A stretch of 64,000 bases of DNA from Eledone cirrhosa (Eukaryota), in contig OZ024743.1 in NCBI GenBank assembly GCA_964016885.1, positions 274,226,001-274,290,000 of the forward strand, written 5' to 3'. Positions 40,267 through 57,894 of the stretch are shown here, in pieces (the first letter of the stretch is position 1; every line of letters starts with the position of its first letter). The position numbers and the translations under genes are program-made. Under the pieces are notes generated by a model. That model had not been told where the DNA came from. It saw only the letters and a program-made list of their open reading frames with translations, and did not search any database.

Positions 40267-40860
40267 GTATGAACAAATATGTATATTCACTTACGGACGC
40301 AAAGAAAATCATGCAATTATACATACACACATATACATATTGATATATACCGACATAGACACACATGCCAAATTATACAGGCTGGTTCATGTCCGCACGG
40401 TTACGAAAGTGTGTCTGTGAGAACATTACGAAGTATATGCTCAAGCACACATTCCAACTACACACATACATACATACATACATACATACACACATACATA
40501 CATACATACATACACCTCAACATGATTATTTGTACACATGAATATTTAGAACGATTCGCACGCAGCCACTCACAGTCATCTACATACACATACGAGCACT
40601 ATCCCTTGCACATATTAGTCTTCATCTGTCTCTTTTATTTTATCTGTCCTACTCTCTAATGCAATTATTTACGATTCTAGGAAATGTTTCTATTCTATAT
40701 ATTCTAGCAACTACTTTCGCATCATCCGTCTTTCCATATACACTTTTATATATATATATATATATATAACGAAGGAAATGTGGTAAGGAACCAGGTGGAC
40801 CATAACGCACCAAAGTACTCAATACTTGAGGTAGTAGAGTGGGTAATAGGAACCAGTAAG

Positions 40861-40953
40861 ACCCGACAGCTGAGCTCAAGCCGTTTCGACGGCTAATTCT
40901 GGACTAAATGAAAATTTATCCTGGTATTTAAATAGCCGATCTTCTCAAGGGGT
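40861..40953 (-). ncRNA. Type I hammerhead ribozyme, U3-A8 core variant
   Basis: aCCCC-TTGAGAA-GAtCGGCTA...TAGCCGTC-GAAA-CGGCT tgagctc AGCTG-TC-GGGT. Extended stems II and III, GUC triplet. Confidence 0.75.
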
Positions 40954-42071
40954 AATTCCATATATGGTCAAAGTGATTGTCAAAAATCAGTAGTAATTCT
41001 GTGGTTGCAAATTAGTAGGGGAGATGGTGGCTAAACCTGCCAGTAGGAGAAGGAGGGGAGGGGTGGAGTAGACCCAATCAAGCGTTGGTAGTGCCAGCTA
41101 CAGCTGGGCATGAGGTCAAAGAAGATACAGGGGAGGGGGAGGGGGAGGAAGTCGGAACGCTAGGTAGAACAATGGGGGGTAGAAATATATAGGAAAGAAA
41201 AAATACTGAGAGTGAAGAAAAGCAAATAAGTGTAAAGAAAAAAGTAAAGTAAATTAAATTCTACGACCTAAGTCTCTAGCTATTGTTAGGCTAGAATGAA
41301 TAAATAAAGAAAGAAAGAAAGAAAGAAGTAAAGAAAGAAATAAAGAAATAACGAAATAAGTAAAAGAACTAGGTGGGACGGATTAGGCAAGGACCCTTTT
41401 AAGAGGTATAAGTACGTAAATGATACGGTGACGGGTCAACAAAAGGGGCCAAAATACTAAAGAGACTACCACAAAATAAACAATAAAGGTTTCCATCCCG
41501 GGCACAATGCCAGCAACCACCCAGTGCAGCAAAGTGAACTTGTACGAGATAATAATTCTGAGTCCCGAGAAAAATATATACTAATGCTAACTCTAAAAGA
41601 TCTAAAACAAGCTACATGAAAGTTCGTACGAAGTAAAGGTAGAATACGGAAAAATAAATTCAGAATCCACCCCGCCCAAAAGAAAAGCGAAGAAAGAAAT
41701 ACTGAAACGAAAAAATAAGGCATAAGTGCCACTAAGAAATATAGAGGGCACAGAGAATAGTGGGAGCGGTCGGAAAAAGGGGACAAGTATCCGGGGTCTA
41801 AACCAACTGCTATAAAGGGTGGAGTCCGCCAAATCTATCATAGACTAGGGGAGGGGGTGGGGGTACTAAGGCTACAAGGGGCCAAAGGGCAGCCTCGGGT
41901 GGGCGAGAAAAGACGCCGACAAAGGAGAAGAGCTGGGGTAGAAGGACTAAGGAGAGAGGGGGGAAGGAAATAAAGGAATCGATAAAAGAATACAAAGAAG
42001 ATCTTACGTCTCCCTTGGCAAGCAGGGGTTACCCATTGCAAAATCGGCAAGTGGGGTGTTATAGCCCTAGT

Positions 42072-42690
42072 CTACCCCCCCCCCCCCGGGTCATTATGGG
42101 GTTTGAGGGCGAGGTAAGTCCTACGCAATCTATGTTTACATGCAGTAACCAGTTCATCTTTCTTGTTTAGGAGTTGGTCCGTCGAAAACAGCATTTGTAA
42201 AGTTTCCTCCGAGCATAAATTGCACGGACGGCGTCCTCCCGTGTAAGAATTGGCTCTGGACAGTAATCTCCAAGTGAGATCATAGGTGATGTTGTTGTCC
42301 TTGAGGTCCCATATGTGGCCCGAAAGTGTAGTGGCGTGACGCCGGGCCGGGTTTCGGAAGGTATGTCTATGTTGGTATAGCCGGGTCTTGAAGTCACATG
42401 CGGTAAGTCCTATATAGGCTTTGTTGGAGGTATCCGTCCTCACGTTGCACTGGTAGATCACATTACGGTCTCTGCATCTATTGTCTAGTGGGCAAATAGA
42501 TCTATCCGGGCAGTTACACCTCCTGGTCGGTTCTCCACTGCTATTTAGGTTATTTCTGCCATCGGGGTTGAGTTTTTTGTTGTTAGAGGAGACGATGTTT
42601 TGTGCGAAGTTTGGTGTAGTGCTGTAAGAGAGTTTGATGGTATTTTTGTTAATTATGTTGTGGTAGCGGTGTTGTAATGGGAAGTGAAAA
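42072..42690 (-). CDS. PLE C-terminal Cys-rich linker plus GIY-YIG endonuclease (5'-truncated, frame intact)
   Basis: TIKLSYSTTPN...CNCPDRSICPLDNRC...VIYQCNV...YIGLTACDFKTRLYQHRHTF...TTLSGHIWDLK...CNLCSEE...LLNKKDELVTACKH. Confidence 0.9.
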
Positions 42691-42860
42691 ACACTTCCCA
42701 TTACAACACCGCTACCACAACATAATTAACAAAAATACCATCAATTATATTGCGTTTATTAGTTGGTGATGCGCGTTTTGCTATTAATAGGCTCATGGTT
42801 CGATCTGTATCGATCTGGCCCAACTCAGCTTGTCGGACCTCGGTTGTAGCAATGACAGAA

Positions 42861-42921
<61 letters not shown>

Positions 42922-43057
42922 GTCGAACATTGGGAGGTAATATCCGTAGTGGTAGAGCATTCATTCCATGGGACAAGTTTGGTGGAAGTAGTAACACAAC
43001 AGTTAGTTCATCATACCAAGAACAATTGTTTCACCTTATGCGGATCTTCATATATAT

Positions 43058-43420
43058 ATCTATATATATAAAACTGAGGTTGTCTGTCTGTCTGTCTACT
43101 AAAACCTTCGGAACACATCTCCTCTTAAACCGTACTTTCAAATTTCGGTGAAATTGCTACACTTATAGATGAAGGTCCGGCGGAGTCATCGGTCAAAACA
43201 ATTTTCAAATCGACCCACGCCAAGTGTAAAAATTGAATTTGTAATTTATTGATTTTTCAGTTCAAATGTATAAATAGAGATGAGAGACGAGTTATTTCCC
43301 TTTTATGGGAAATTATAGCCTCCTGAGAGCAGATCTGCGACTACGGACTGCTAGCTCTTTAAATGTCTTAACATGTCACCATTCTTTTGATGCTACATGG
43401 CATTTGAAAACAATCATAAG
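43058..43420 (+). mobile_element. Helitron/HINE-like non-autonomous 5' fragment
   Basis: aTCtatatatataaaactgaggttgtctgtctgtctgtct..., a start typical of Helitron-derived repeats. Right boundary uncertain. Confidence 0.5.
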
Positions 43421-43760
43421 GTGAGGTGACGAAACATTTGGGCATCAATTCAAAAAGTTACATACGCTTGTACGACACTATGCCACACTCTAAGGATCCC
43501 AAGCTGAATAACACATAATTGTACAAGCTAACGAAAGATGATAACATCTATTTCATCAGCAAATTTTAAATCCGCAAATACAAATTTACGCAGAAGTCAG
43601 TTGAGGTTGGATTTTGAAGTTTTCCTCGGCTTGTATACACATCTAGATAAAATTGTAGTTATTTCTAGACCTTCGTACAATAAATATATTTAGTTATACA
43701 TGCGTATACAGGCTGATGTATATGCATATATACAAACACTTTTACATACATATACGCGTA

Positions 43761-43807
<47 letters not shown>

Positions 43808-43816
43808 GCACAAACA

Positions 43817-43891
<75 letters not shown>

Positions 43892-44609
43892 ATATACGAA
43901 ATTCTTTCTCTTTTGTCTCATAAACATTCTCCTCTTTCTTCACCACCAGCAACAAAACAGAAACAGCATATCTAAGAAGCAATATCACCTACAGAACTTA
44001 ATAAAAACGAAACCATTTATAAACAATACTGAATACTTCTTTCATTCGATATTCTTTATTTTATATTATATATTATTTATTATTACCATTTATTTATTTA
44101 CCATTTGTTATTTATTCCTTTATATTTCACAAAGAAAATGTTAAAAGGAAAACACAAATAGCACAAGAGAATTTATAATTTTATTTATGTGACTTGGCCT
44201 GAAACACTATCCTTATTCTTTCATTACATTTTTTCCATCATCCTCACTCAGTTTTCTATCTCTTCTATAACCCACTATACTCTCTTGCCGTAAGCCTAAA
44301 CTCGTTGTTGCATACATAAATCCACAAAAAACTCTACCTTTCCAATATACGAACGCACGCCAGAAAAAGCATGTTTAACCACTCATATATTATGCTATAC
44401 ATATAGACACACAGACACACCATACATATACATACACAGTTATAAGCATATATTTTCAAATGTTCTTATTTATATTGATCTTATTATTGTTGTCGTTGTT
44501 GTTACGTATACGTCTTAAAATATTGCTACTATCTTATTTCAGTATGTGTTGTTTCTCGCCGTTTCTAATTCTGTTTAGAATAACTTTCTTCGTGTGTATG
44601 CTGTTTATA

Positions 44610-44777
<168 letters not shown>

Positions 44778-45129
44778 TGTGTATGATTATGTTTGTAGAA
44801 ATATAAAAGGAAGAGAAAAATTATAAATTATTTATGATTGTTATCATTATGCTATTTATGTATTATTACGCTATATTTCAAGGCTGATAAAATACACTGT
44901 TCTGTAGATTTAAGGAGTTGCTATAATGTACAAACCTGTTTACAATACTGTATACTAAAGGGCCTATGCAATTCTGTCCTCTGGGATCATGACGTCATAT
45001 TCACGCGAGGGCTTGCACAGAGAAAAAACAGCGCATGAGAGAGTGTGACAACATTTAAATGGGAGATTCGTTTTGGTACCGTTAATCACTGTATCCTTAC
45101 ATACATACATACATAGATACATACATGGT

Positions 45130-45705
45130 GGCTGCCAACTCGTTTTCGAGTACGGCCACTACTTTATATCCATGTAGGAGAATCCCTACCGATGCGCTGA
45201 ACGAGTGTGACTTTTTAGTCCAGCCAGCGACTTGAAAACTCTGGTACAAACACTACACTTGTGATAATTATTGACACATAGTGCTGGGCCCATGGTACCA
45301 TGTGACGACAAGTGCAGAGAGATCTCCAGATATAAAGCAATGCTTGTGCCGTGAAGCTTTTATAGTGAGCAAAGGCACTGCATAAAGCCAGTCCCACTCT
45401 CTTAACCAAGATGATATTTACCAAAAAAGAAGAACAAGTCAACATCATTGGATACCATCAGGGTTGCATGTGTTATATCAGAGTTTTCCTTCTCCTAGAA
45501 TTCCGCCTTGACAAAGGCTAAGGGGTCATCTCTCCCGGTGATTTTGGACGGCCATTGACTCTTAAGAACTCCTTTGCCCTTTGACAGGTTTTGTTTTTAG
45601 TCCTGCAGGATATCCAAAGTCACCCTCCTCACCAAGAAACCTTGGTGGGGTTGCCAGTTTAGTCGCCAACGACCCGACCATGAGACAGTTTGTACTGGGA
45701 TGCAT
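45130..45705 (-). mobile_element. RTE 5'UTR-derived non-autonomous repeat
   Basis: gagttttccttctcctag...aaggctaag block typical of RTE 5' UTRs. Flanked by (TACA)n on both sides. Confidence 0.45.
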
Positions 45706-46657
45706 GTTACATAAATACATACATACATACATACATACATACATACATACATACATACATACATACATACATACATACATACGTACATACATACATACAT
45801 ACTTTTTCAGTATTGACAAGTGTAATGGCGAATTTACGAAGAATTCAAGTTTCAAACTAATCCCAGAGAAGTACACCGTTCATTAATAGCGAAGCTTCAT
45901 AGCAATTCTTTTACAAGTTTAATTAAAATGTATTGCTATACTTTTTCATTAAACTTGTAAAAGATATTTTCAGTGCAACACTATTGCAAAGTGTCACAAA
46001 AATATATAAATGTGTATATCTCTGTGTGCATGACTGTATACATTGTTGTGTATTTATTTATATAACCATATGGGTGGGGGGGTAAAAATACGAAATGAAA
46101 AGCAGTGCTAGAGAACAACGCATTACAGCCGTGTTATATTAGCATAAAGATCGTGAGTAGAAGGAAAAAGACTCAAATTTGATGGCGCTACTCCTTCATA
46201 GAAGATAGAGAAAAGATAAAGGGAACTAATCGTTTGTAGCTGGTCTATATTTATTTACCTATAACTATAAACTGATAAGATTTCGCGATAAAATGCTATT
46301 ACATATTACAGGCAGCCTTTTGAGACAAAACTCTATAACGCGAAGAACAAGAGACCAGCTAACATGCCTCGAACCATTTATTTACTTATGACACTCCATA
46401 TTGTTAAACAGAATAGATACTATAAATCCACTTGTAAATGTATTTCCTATATGCTGGACAGTCTATCCTGCTGGCCTAAGTAATTAATGAATTATCTGAT
46501 GGAGATAAAACAGTAATATTAAGCAGATTTATTGGTATGTAACTTATCAGGACAGAATGGCAGGTGGTCTGTTTTGCGTAATAAGTAACGTAGACAACAA
46601 ATTATTCCATATGTTGACTACTATATTGAAGCATATTGCTCTTTTCTGTCTATCAAC

Positions 46658-46707
<50 letters not shown>

Positions 46708-46710
<3 letters not shown>

Positions 46711-47379
46711 TAAATTTCTTTAAGTCGTTTGGAAGCCTCGACAATGCAAATGGGTAAATCTCCGGGTAACAAGATCCGGTGGTGGAGAGAGAGATGTAAG
46801 TGGGTGTACGTTGAGATGCGTGGCGTGTATAAGACGTGTAGAGGAATGAAGGAAAGAGTATAAAGGATAAAATTAAAATAACAACACGAGAGAGAGTTAC
46901 CTTGGGAGAGATTTAATTGTCCCTATATATTTCGGATTCTAATCCAAAACTGTGGGTTTTTTCCGGGGTGGGGGAAAGGTGCGAAACGCGTCCTCCGCTG
47001 TTCGTTGTTTTGAAGATATTCAAAACAACGAACAGCGGAGGACGCGTTTCGCACCTTTCCGACAGACCTCCTTTCCCCCACCCCGGAAAAAGACCCCAGT
47101 TTTGGATGTGAATCCGAAATATATAGGGACAATTAAATCTCTCCCAAGGTAACTCTCTCTCGTGTTGTTATTTTTATTTTATCCTTTATGCTCTTTCCTT
47201 CATTGCTTTACACGTCTTATACACGCCACGCATCTCAACATACACCCACTTACATCTCTCTCTCCACCACCGGATCTTGTTACCCGGAGATTTACCCATT
47301 TGCATTGTCGAGGCTTCCAAACGACATAAAGAAATTTACCTTATTATTCCACAATGCTTCAAGCAAACTTCAATACTCT

Positions 47380-47382
<3 letters not shown>
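46708..47382. mobile_element. Family C palindromic element, second copy
   Basis: Arms about 46708-47013 and about 47019-47340 are inverted, with a 17-nt indel between arms. Clearly similar to 30449-31172. Confidence 0.9.
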
Positions 47383-47424
<42 letters not shown>

Positions 47425-47870
47425 CTAGTGGTAGCTATGGTGCTTCCGTTGGCGGTATGCCAAAATTAGCACTCGATATTCATCAGAGTAGAGTGTAGAT
47501 ATTATCAAGAAAACGAAAAATCAGTGATGCATCTGGACTTAGTTTATTTCGTATTACATGTTTCGCCGGCATGTACCTCGAGTCATGGTCCTTGTATGGA
47601 TCTGGCTGATTCTAATTCTGCGGGTTTTTTCAGACACGACTATTATGTCCGGAGCAAATTTTATCACTGGGGTGTTGTCATCAAAACAACACCCTCAAAA
47701 AACCTTCTTTCCACTCTTGTCATGCCATTTGCTGTTTTTACTCCACGTTATCACAAGCTCTGGTCAGTATCTGTTGCCACACGGTTCATCAACCATTTTT
47801 CGTCCGACATATTTCAATGGAGTCATGCTGGGTTCAGTACCTCACACGTCTGCTCACACTTCAGAGTAAG
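47425..47870 (-). mobile_element. Family E diverged copy
   Basis: aaaacgaaaaatcagtgatgcatctg...tgtttcgccggc...ctcgag matches 14650-14730. Confidence 0.7.
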
Positions 47871-48028
47871 CACCCACACATACTAGAATAAACACATAGT
47901 AACACACACATATATATATATTCAGACATACACCTATCTATGCATTCACACTCGTACGTCTACATGCTCAGACACCCTTTTTTCTTTTTCTTTTGTGTGT
48001 ATATATCTATATATATGTATACTTATAT

Positions 48029-48117
<89 letters not shown>

Positions 48118-48772
48118 AGGTACGTGTGTAGGCAATGTTTATGTACGTATGTGTTCGTATGTGTGTGTGGACATGAGTGAGTTTACGTTTGTGTATATAT
48201 GTGCGTGTATGGATGTATGTGTGTGTGTATATATATGTATATATATACATATAGTTATGTAATGAACAACATAGGATAATTATTTCATTCACCAGTGGTT
48301 TCTTGAAAGCAAACGATATTTACTTTTATTCATGAGAATGAAAAAATCCTAGGTGTGTATATGTATGTGTGTATGTACATGTGCGTATATATGTATGTAT
48401 CTGAATGTATGTGTGTATGTATATATGCGTGTGTATGATCGTGTGTATGAGCGTGTGTATATATATATATTTAAATGTATAGAAGGTTGGCCGTATATGT
48501 GTGTGCGCGCATGTGTATGTATATATGTGTACGTTTGAATATGACATGCTTACCCAATTGATACAGAACAGCCAGAAGGCTCGTGGCGGCATGTATCAAC
48601 AAGTGTGTGTGACTGGGTCTATGGGAGAGGGGGGAGTGGGTGTGTGAGTATATATATAAGTTGAAATAAAATGAAAAGGAAATTTCATTTCACACACTTA
48701 GTACGGCACTTACTTAAATGTAAGTATGTGTGTATACGTACATACATATATGTATACAGACGTACAGTAGCA

Positions 48773-48898
<126 letters not shown>

Positions 48899-49051
48899 CA
48901 GGTACACATACATATATGCACGTATTAGTTTAGCGGACGCTTATTATAACTCCGCTTTGCTCGTTTGTAAACAAACTGAACAGCCTGAATTTTTATGCCG
49001 TATGGTGTTAAGGCAACCACGTCACCTTTTTGTTCAACACTGACACAGGAA

Positions 49052-49092
49052 CGATGTACTAGTTTCAAGCTTGTTAGCTATCATCAGCACCG
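49052..49092 (-). ncRNA. Minimal type I hammerhead ribozyme (family A')
   Basis: CGGTG-CTGATGA-tAGCT aaca AGCTt-GAAA-CTAG-TA-CATCG. Confidence 0.87.
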
Positions 49093-49329
49093 TATACCCA
49101 TCTGCCAGATAGTTGAACGTTCGAAAGTATATACTTTCCTTATGAAAATTAACGGCTGAGCAGCCTAATTTGCATATCGAGTGAGCTAAGTCGGTCAGAC
49201 ATACCGAAAATGATAAGTTGAAATAAAATGAAAACGAAATTTCATTTCTCACTCTTAGTACGGCACTTACTTAAATGTAAGTATGTGTGTATACGTACAT
49301 ACATATATGTATACAGACGTACAGTAGCA

Positions 49330-49391
<62 letters not shown>

Positions 49392-49392
49392 C

Positions 49393-49475
<83 letters not shown>

Positions 49476-49628
49476 CAGGTACACATACATATATGTACCT
49501 ATCAGTTTAGCGGACGCTTATTATAACGCCGCTTTGTTCGTTTGTAAACAAACTGAACAGCCTGAATTTTTATGCCGTACGGTGTTAAGGCAACCACGTC
49601 ACCTTTTTGTTCAACTCTCACACAGGAA

Positions 49629-49669
49629 CGATGTACTAGTTTCAAGCTTGTTAGCTATCATCAGCACCG
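49629..49669 (-). ncRNA. Minimal type I hammerhead ribozyme (family A', second unit)
   Basis: Identical to 49052-49092, 577 nt away. Confidence 0.87.
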
Positions 49670-50334
49670 TATACCCATCTGCCAGATAGTTGAACGTTCG
49701 AAAGTATATACTTTCCTTATGAAAATTAACGGCTGAGCAGCCTAATTTGCATATCGAGTGAGCTAAGTCGGTCAGGCATACCGAAAACGATAAGTTGAAA
49801 TAAAATGAAAACGAAATTTCATTTCTCACTCTTAGTACGGCACTTACTTAAATGTAAGTATGTGTGTATACGTACATACATATATGTATACAGACGTATA
49901 TATATATATAGACGTATATATATATATATAAGGAAACACGGAAGACACAAAGACAATGTCGTTTCCCGCTCAACGGCTATCTTCTGTGGATCATTATAGT
50001 TTCAAATATATAATGGCTGATTAAAAACCCACGAGCTTTTCTCTTGAAAATTGTATTCCGTTGTTTACTTTTCTTGTCCTCTTCTATCCTGTTTCTTTTA
50101 TTTCCCTATTTGTCATTCAATGAAAGACAAACGTCCGAAACTTTGAGACATTTTTCCTAATATATCAAGCATTAAACTTATACATATCATTATTGCATTG
50201 AATCGATCTCCTCTGTTGTTTTTCCTTGTTGAGTTTTCGCATATATATTTTTTTCCTGTGTGTTTACAGGGTCATACAGCAGAAACTCAACTCCAGAGTA
50301 ACAGGTTTCTGACTCAATTTTAATTAAACCTATA

Positions 50335-50335
50335 A

Positions 50336-50427
<92 letters not shown>
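50335..50427. repeat. (TAGA)n microsatellite
   Basis: Direct inspection. Confidence 0.97.
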
Positions 50428-51263
50428 AGAGTGACGGAGAGAAAGTGAGGGAGTGAGTGAGATTTAACCATCTTAGACGCATTAATTCTAAACGCTGTCA
50501 TCATCGCATCACATTATGTACAATGTTTTTGGTTTTACCAGTACTGTTATAAATATTGAGATACAGAAGCGTTTCAGCTTTTGAGCGTCTTAGATAAATT
50601 TGATTTACTGGCATTCGTTAATTGGAGCTATTGTCGCACTAGACTGGTCGGGACGACGACGAATTTCTTACGTAAATTCCAGTCATGACATGGAAAGTTC
50701 TTCTTGAGCATGTTAGATAAAACTGGGCGAGCTGGTCTTCAGCCGAAGCTAAAGTCATGCTACACTGGTCGGATGACCAAGACCTGCTTACATACACTTC
50801 AATGTTGACATGCTTTCTGTAGCCTGATCTCAACGTCAACTACTTTTCAGACTGTATAGAGTGCAACTTATCGTGACAACAGCAGAACTGTTTCTGTTTC
50901 TAAGACTGGATACTCATTCTAATGCCATTACTATATAGAATGTACAAAATGTAATTCATCAAGATACTGAACTTGTAAAGTTTCGGATGTGAGTAAAGAG
51001 TGTACAAAATTCCATAACGTTTCCTGGCCTATACAACACACTTCATGTATTTTAAAGAAGTTCCAAACCCATCCTTGACACACGCTGGGTCACGCTAATT
51101 TTCCCTGAGAATTGGATTAAGCAAACACATGATTCTGGAATGCTTCACCACTTGCATGTTAATTACACGAGTCGGCTATTCCATTGGTCGAACCACTGGA
51201 ACATTCTTTGTCAGAACCGATGGATGTCCAGCACTGATGCATCCCTCTCTCTATATATATATA

Positions 51264-52979
51264 TCTTATATATAAAGTGAAGTTGGGCGTTGTTTGGTGT
51301 ACCCAACTTGCATGCTACACCGTTCATCCAATTTTCATGAAACCTCACACATATATAAAACTCAACGCGTAGAGTGGAATAGGCTACTTGAAAATTTCGA
51401 AAAATCGATAATCGGGACCCCAGAAGCCAAAAATCGATATTTTCAAAAATCGATGAAACTCGACGCAAGTGTGTATTTTGATCCGGGGATAAACGTGCGC
51501 TACATTAAATTTTCGAAAAATTGATAATTGGATCACCAGAGGCAAAAATCAGGACAACGCTAACTTACTCTCTTTCCCTCTCTTCCACCTCACTGGCGCG
51601 GCCACACCTCCTGCCTGCTGATAAAATACATAGATAGATAAACACACACATATATTGTTATGTATATATGTATGTGTGTGTGAATATATATATATATATA
51701 TGTGTGTGTGTATATATATGTGTGTGTATATATATATATGTGTGTGTGTGTATATATATGTCGTTCCACTGCATCGTTATGCCTCACCATGCCGCATCCA
51801 TGCTCTGTCAGCCACCATGCCCTCCCCTTCCCTCTCCCTTACCCGCACGACTTGGTCCTTCACGAGTGCCATGGTTCACCATGCGGAATCCCTGCAACCG
51901 TCAATCCCGGCCATCTCCCTTCCCTGCACGCCGTCGTCCCACTGCATCGTCATGCATCACCATGCCACATCAATGCTCTGTCAGCCGCCATCCCCTCCTT
52001 GGCCCTTTCTTTTTCCCGTAGTGCTTCTTTAAGACTGCCATGGCTCACCATGCGGCATCCTTGCCACCGTCCATCCATGCCCTCTTCCTTGCCTGCTGGC
52101 CGTCGCCCCACTACATCTTCATGCCTCAGGATGCCGCCTCCATGCACTGTCAGTACCATCCCATCCTCGGCCCTTTCTTTTGCCTGACCGCCGTGCTCCT
52201 TCAAGACTCCCATGGCTATCTATGCCGCATCAATTCCTTGCCACCCGCTTAAACGTCATCAGTATGGCTTATTGTTGCCTCATTTGATCACCGATTTTCG
52301 CAGGCTAAACACAATACCAACGTGCACGATAGTCCATGGTAAATCTTTTTAATTACAAGTTCTTGAGGCTGTTGCAAAGGGCAATAACCCTAGACGCAAT
52401 TTTGTTCAACTTTTTTTCACATATAGAAAATTTACCGGGACAGGTCTTTAGCTACTCAAATCTACTTCAGAGGTCACGCGTTCATGTAGAAAATCAATAA
52501 AACTGAAGCGGGGGTTCGACTTTGCGCAAAAAAAAAGGCAAAGTTGCAGATGGGATAATTTTTTACAGGAACGTCCGATTTTCGTGAAAACTGTCGCAAA
52601 TGAATCGTCCATTATGATGCGATTCACATAAAGTCCCTTTTATTTCTTCTTCTGCACATGTGAGCGCCAAAATTGTAATAAAAAAAAATTTTGGAAAAAA
52701 TCGACTTTTTCAACCTGCTTTAAAAATCAACTGAAAATTCAATTTCAAGTTAATTTGACTTCCGTTAGTCTTGCAAAGAACAATTTCAACGATACACTGT
52801 GAACCTACAATTGATCCATTATTTATGCTCAATTACATACATGCGTATACTAACCTCTGTTTCTTTCCTTGAGGTTCGAAGGTTTTTGCATCTGTGATGC
52901 GCGGGAAGTAACTTTCAAACATTTTAACAACAGACCAAAGGTCGACTTACACCCGGGCAACGCCGGGTACTTCTGCTAG
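51264..52979 (+). mobile_element. Non-autonomous Helitron
   Basis: 5' a/TCttatatataaa and 3' hairpin CCCGGGCAACGCCGGG followed by CTAG/t. Inserted between A and T, with no TSD. Confidence 0.8.
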
Positions 52980-53601
52980 TGTATATATAAATGTGTGTGT
53001 GCGCGTGTGTGTGGGTGTGTGTGTGTATAGAATAACATTAATTATATTAGTTATCCTATAAACATCAAGTTGATAGACAGAAAAGAGCAATGCACTCGAA
53101 TATGGCGCTGAACGTATGTATGGAATTACTTGTCGGTCGACTACGTTACCTATTACACAAACAGACCACCCGCTGTTCTGTCCTGACAAATTAGATACCA
53201 ATAAATCTGCTTAACATTACTGTTTTATCTCCATCAGATAATTCACTAATTACTTAGGCCAGCAGGATAGACTGTACAGCATATAGGAAATACATTTACA
53301 AAATGGATTTAGAGTATCGATTGTTTAACAATATGTAGTGCAAGGGGTAAAATAGGTAGCGTAATAGATACATGGTTTGGGGCACATCACATGGAGTCTT
53401 GCTTTTCATTGTGTGTATTTGAGAATGGTTCCTGTAATGTGTACTAGCAGTTCATAGTGGAAATCCTGAAGGAGTTTGGCCGATCATATCGACCCAAGAT
53501 GTATTTTTAATCTGGTCTTTATCAGTTTCCTCTTTTTCGTACCGCTAATTGCAGGACATGAACAATCAGTAAAGTAAATACACACACACATCATACACAC
53601 A

Positions 53602-53670
<69 letters not shown>

Positions 53671-53881
53671 CTTTTAACCTGATGAGTTCTTTCGTTGTTT
53701 TGGTATTGTATGGTTGGGTTTTGCCTACCGCAATTTTCAATTTGTCAAGCTATTTAAACGTATGTTATTACTCTAAGGACCTACCCTTATTGAGTGCTTT
53801 GCTACTCATTTCTTATTGTAGGTCGACTTTGCTTGGCCACAGCCAAAGCTTCGATTTTACTAAGCTTCCACTTGTATTACA

Positions 53882-56886
<3,005 letters not shown>

Positions 56887-56952
56887 ATTAAGCTCTGTTG
56901 CTTACATAGAGCACTCTTTTTTCCTGGACTTTTCCGACGGAATTACTTCATT

Positions 56953-57000
<48 letters not shown>

Positions 57001-57894
57001 AGTGCGCGTTAGTATTATAATACGTTTAGCTCAGCCTACTGTACTATTTACGCTGTTCCTATGAAAGTAAACTAAAGAATGTTTCAGGAACTGAGGTTTT
57101 CAGGAACTGCTTATAGTTTTTAAAACCCCACCACCTATACCACCATCACCACCACTCTTTATCACGTGTCACATTGCAAAATATCGTTCAGCGGTTTGTA
57201 TGTATGCCTTAGGATATGTCTAACAGTTCTACAAAATATTTTAGCTCCTGAAACCACTGACTGCAAAAGGAAATCTCGTGTGTACGAATCCCAGTTAGTA
57301 TAAGTATATGTAAATGAAACCTACGGTTCGGAGCTCCTAGCATATTTGGCAGAATTTTTTCAATGATTATTTACGTCAGACTTTGTAGATTGTAGTGAGG
57401 GAGAATTAACTCTGAGTATGGTCGTATCTAAAAGCGAACACATGTTGTTCATTATTTCAGTATTTCAGTGTTTACATTTATATCAATTCGTTTTTCTACT
57501 CATGCATTTGCGCAGCTTTAGTCAAATCTTGTATTATTTCTGTAAATTTAATACACACACATATATACACGAACACATGCCCACACACGCACCCACACAC
57601 AGATACACACATTCTGAAAGTCAGTAATGGTTTTCACTCGAAACGCTTTCATAAAGATTAATAAGAAAAATGATAGATAAATATACATTCTACATTCTAC
57701 ATTCTACAATAATAGATAAATATACATTCTACATTCAAACGTTGAATTTGCTGCGTTTGAAGTTCAACTATTAGTTAAATTTACATTACTCTTGTTAATA
57801 CTGAATAATGGACACAATATGTAAAGTACACAACACCTCAATAATATTCCACTGTATATTTTGGCAGTTTTACACAGTATAATGATAATAATAA

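Larger units (their letters stand above)
40768..42745 (-). mobile_element. 5'-truncated Penelope-like element: GIY-YIG ORF end, 1.3-kb 3' region with HHR, and a short 5' inversion
   Basis: GIY-YIG ORF, HHR at 40861-40953. 42700-42745 is an inverted copy of 42634-42679. The 3' end abuts (TA)n. Confidence 0.88.

Noticed and set aside
42072-42690. Selenocysteine recoding, as reported for some Naiad PLEs
   Set aside because: The frame has no in-frame TGA, and the conserved cysteines are ordinary Cys codons.
45480-45705. HDV-like ribozyme at the RTE-like 5' end
   Set aside because: Such ribozymes are known in RTE 5' UTRs, but I could not assemble the nested double pseudoknot by eye.
50560-50930. 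Complex-sequence stretch with a 66-aa minus-strand ORF
   Set aside because: No convincing splice sites or recognisable motif in any frame.
51760-52250. GC-rich ORFs inside the Helitron as a captured gene
   Set aside because: The region is a degenerate minisatellite of roughly 100-180 nt (caccatgc...ccatccc...). The ORFs are low-complexity by-products.
53675-53710. CTGATGA at about 53679 as a hammerhead core
   Set aside because: No downstream stem II/GAAA and no complementary stem I partner.
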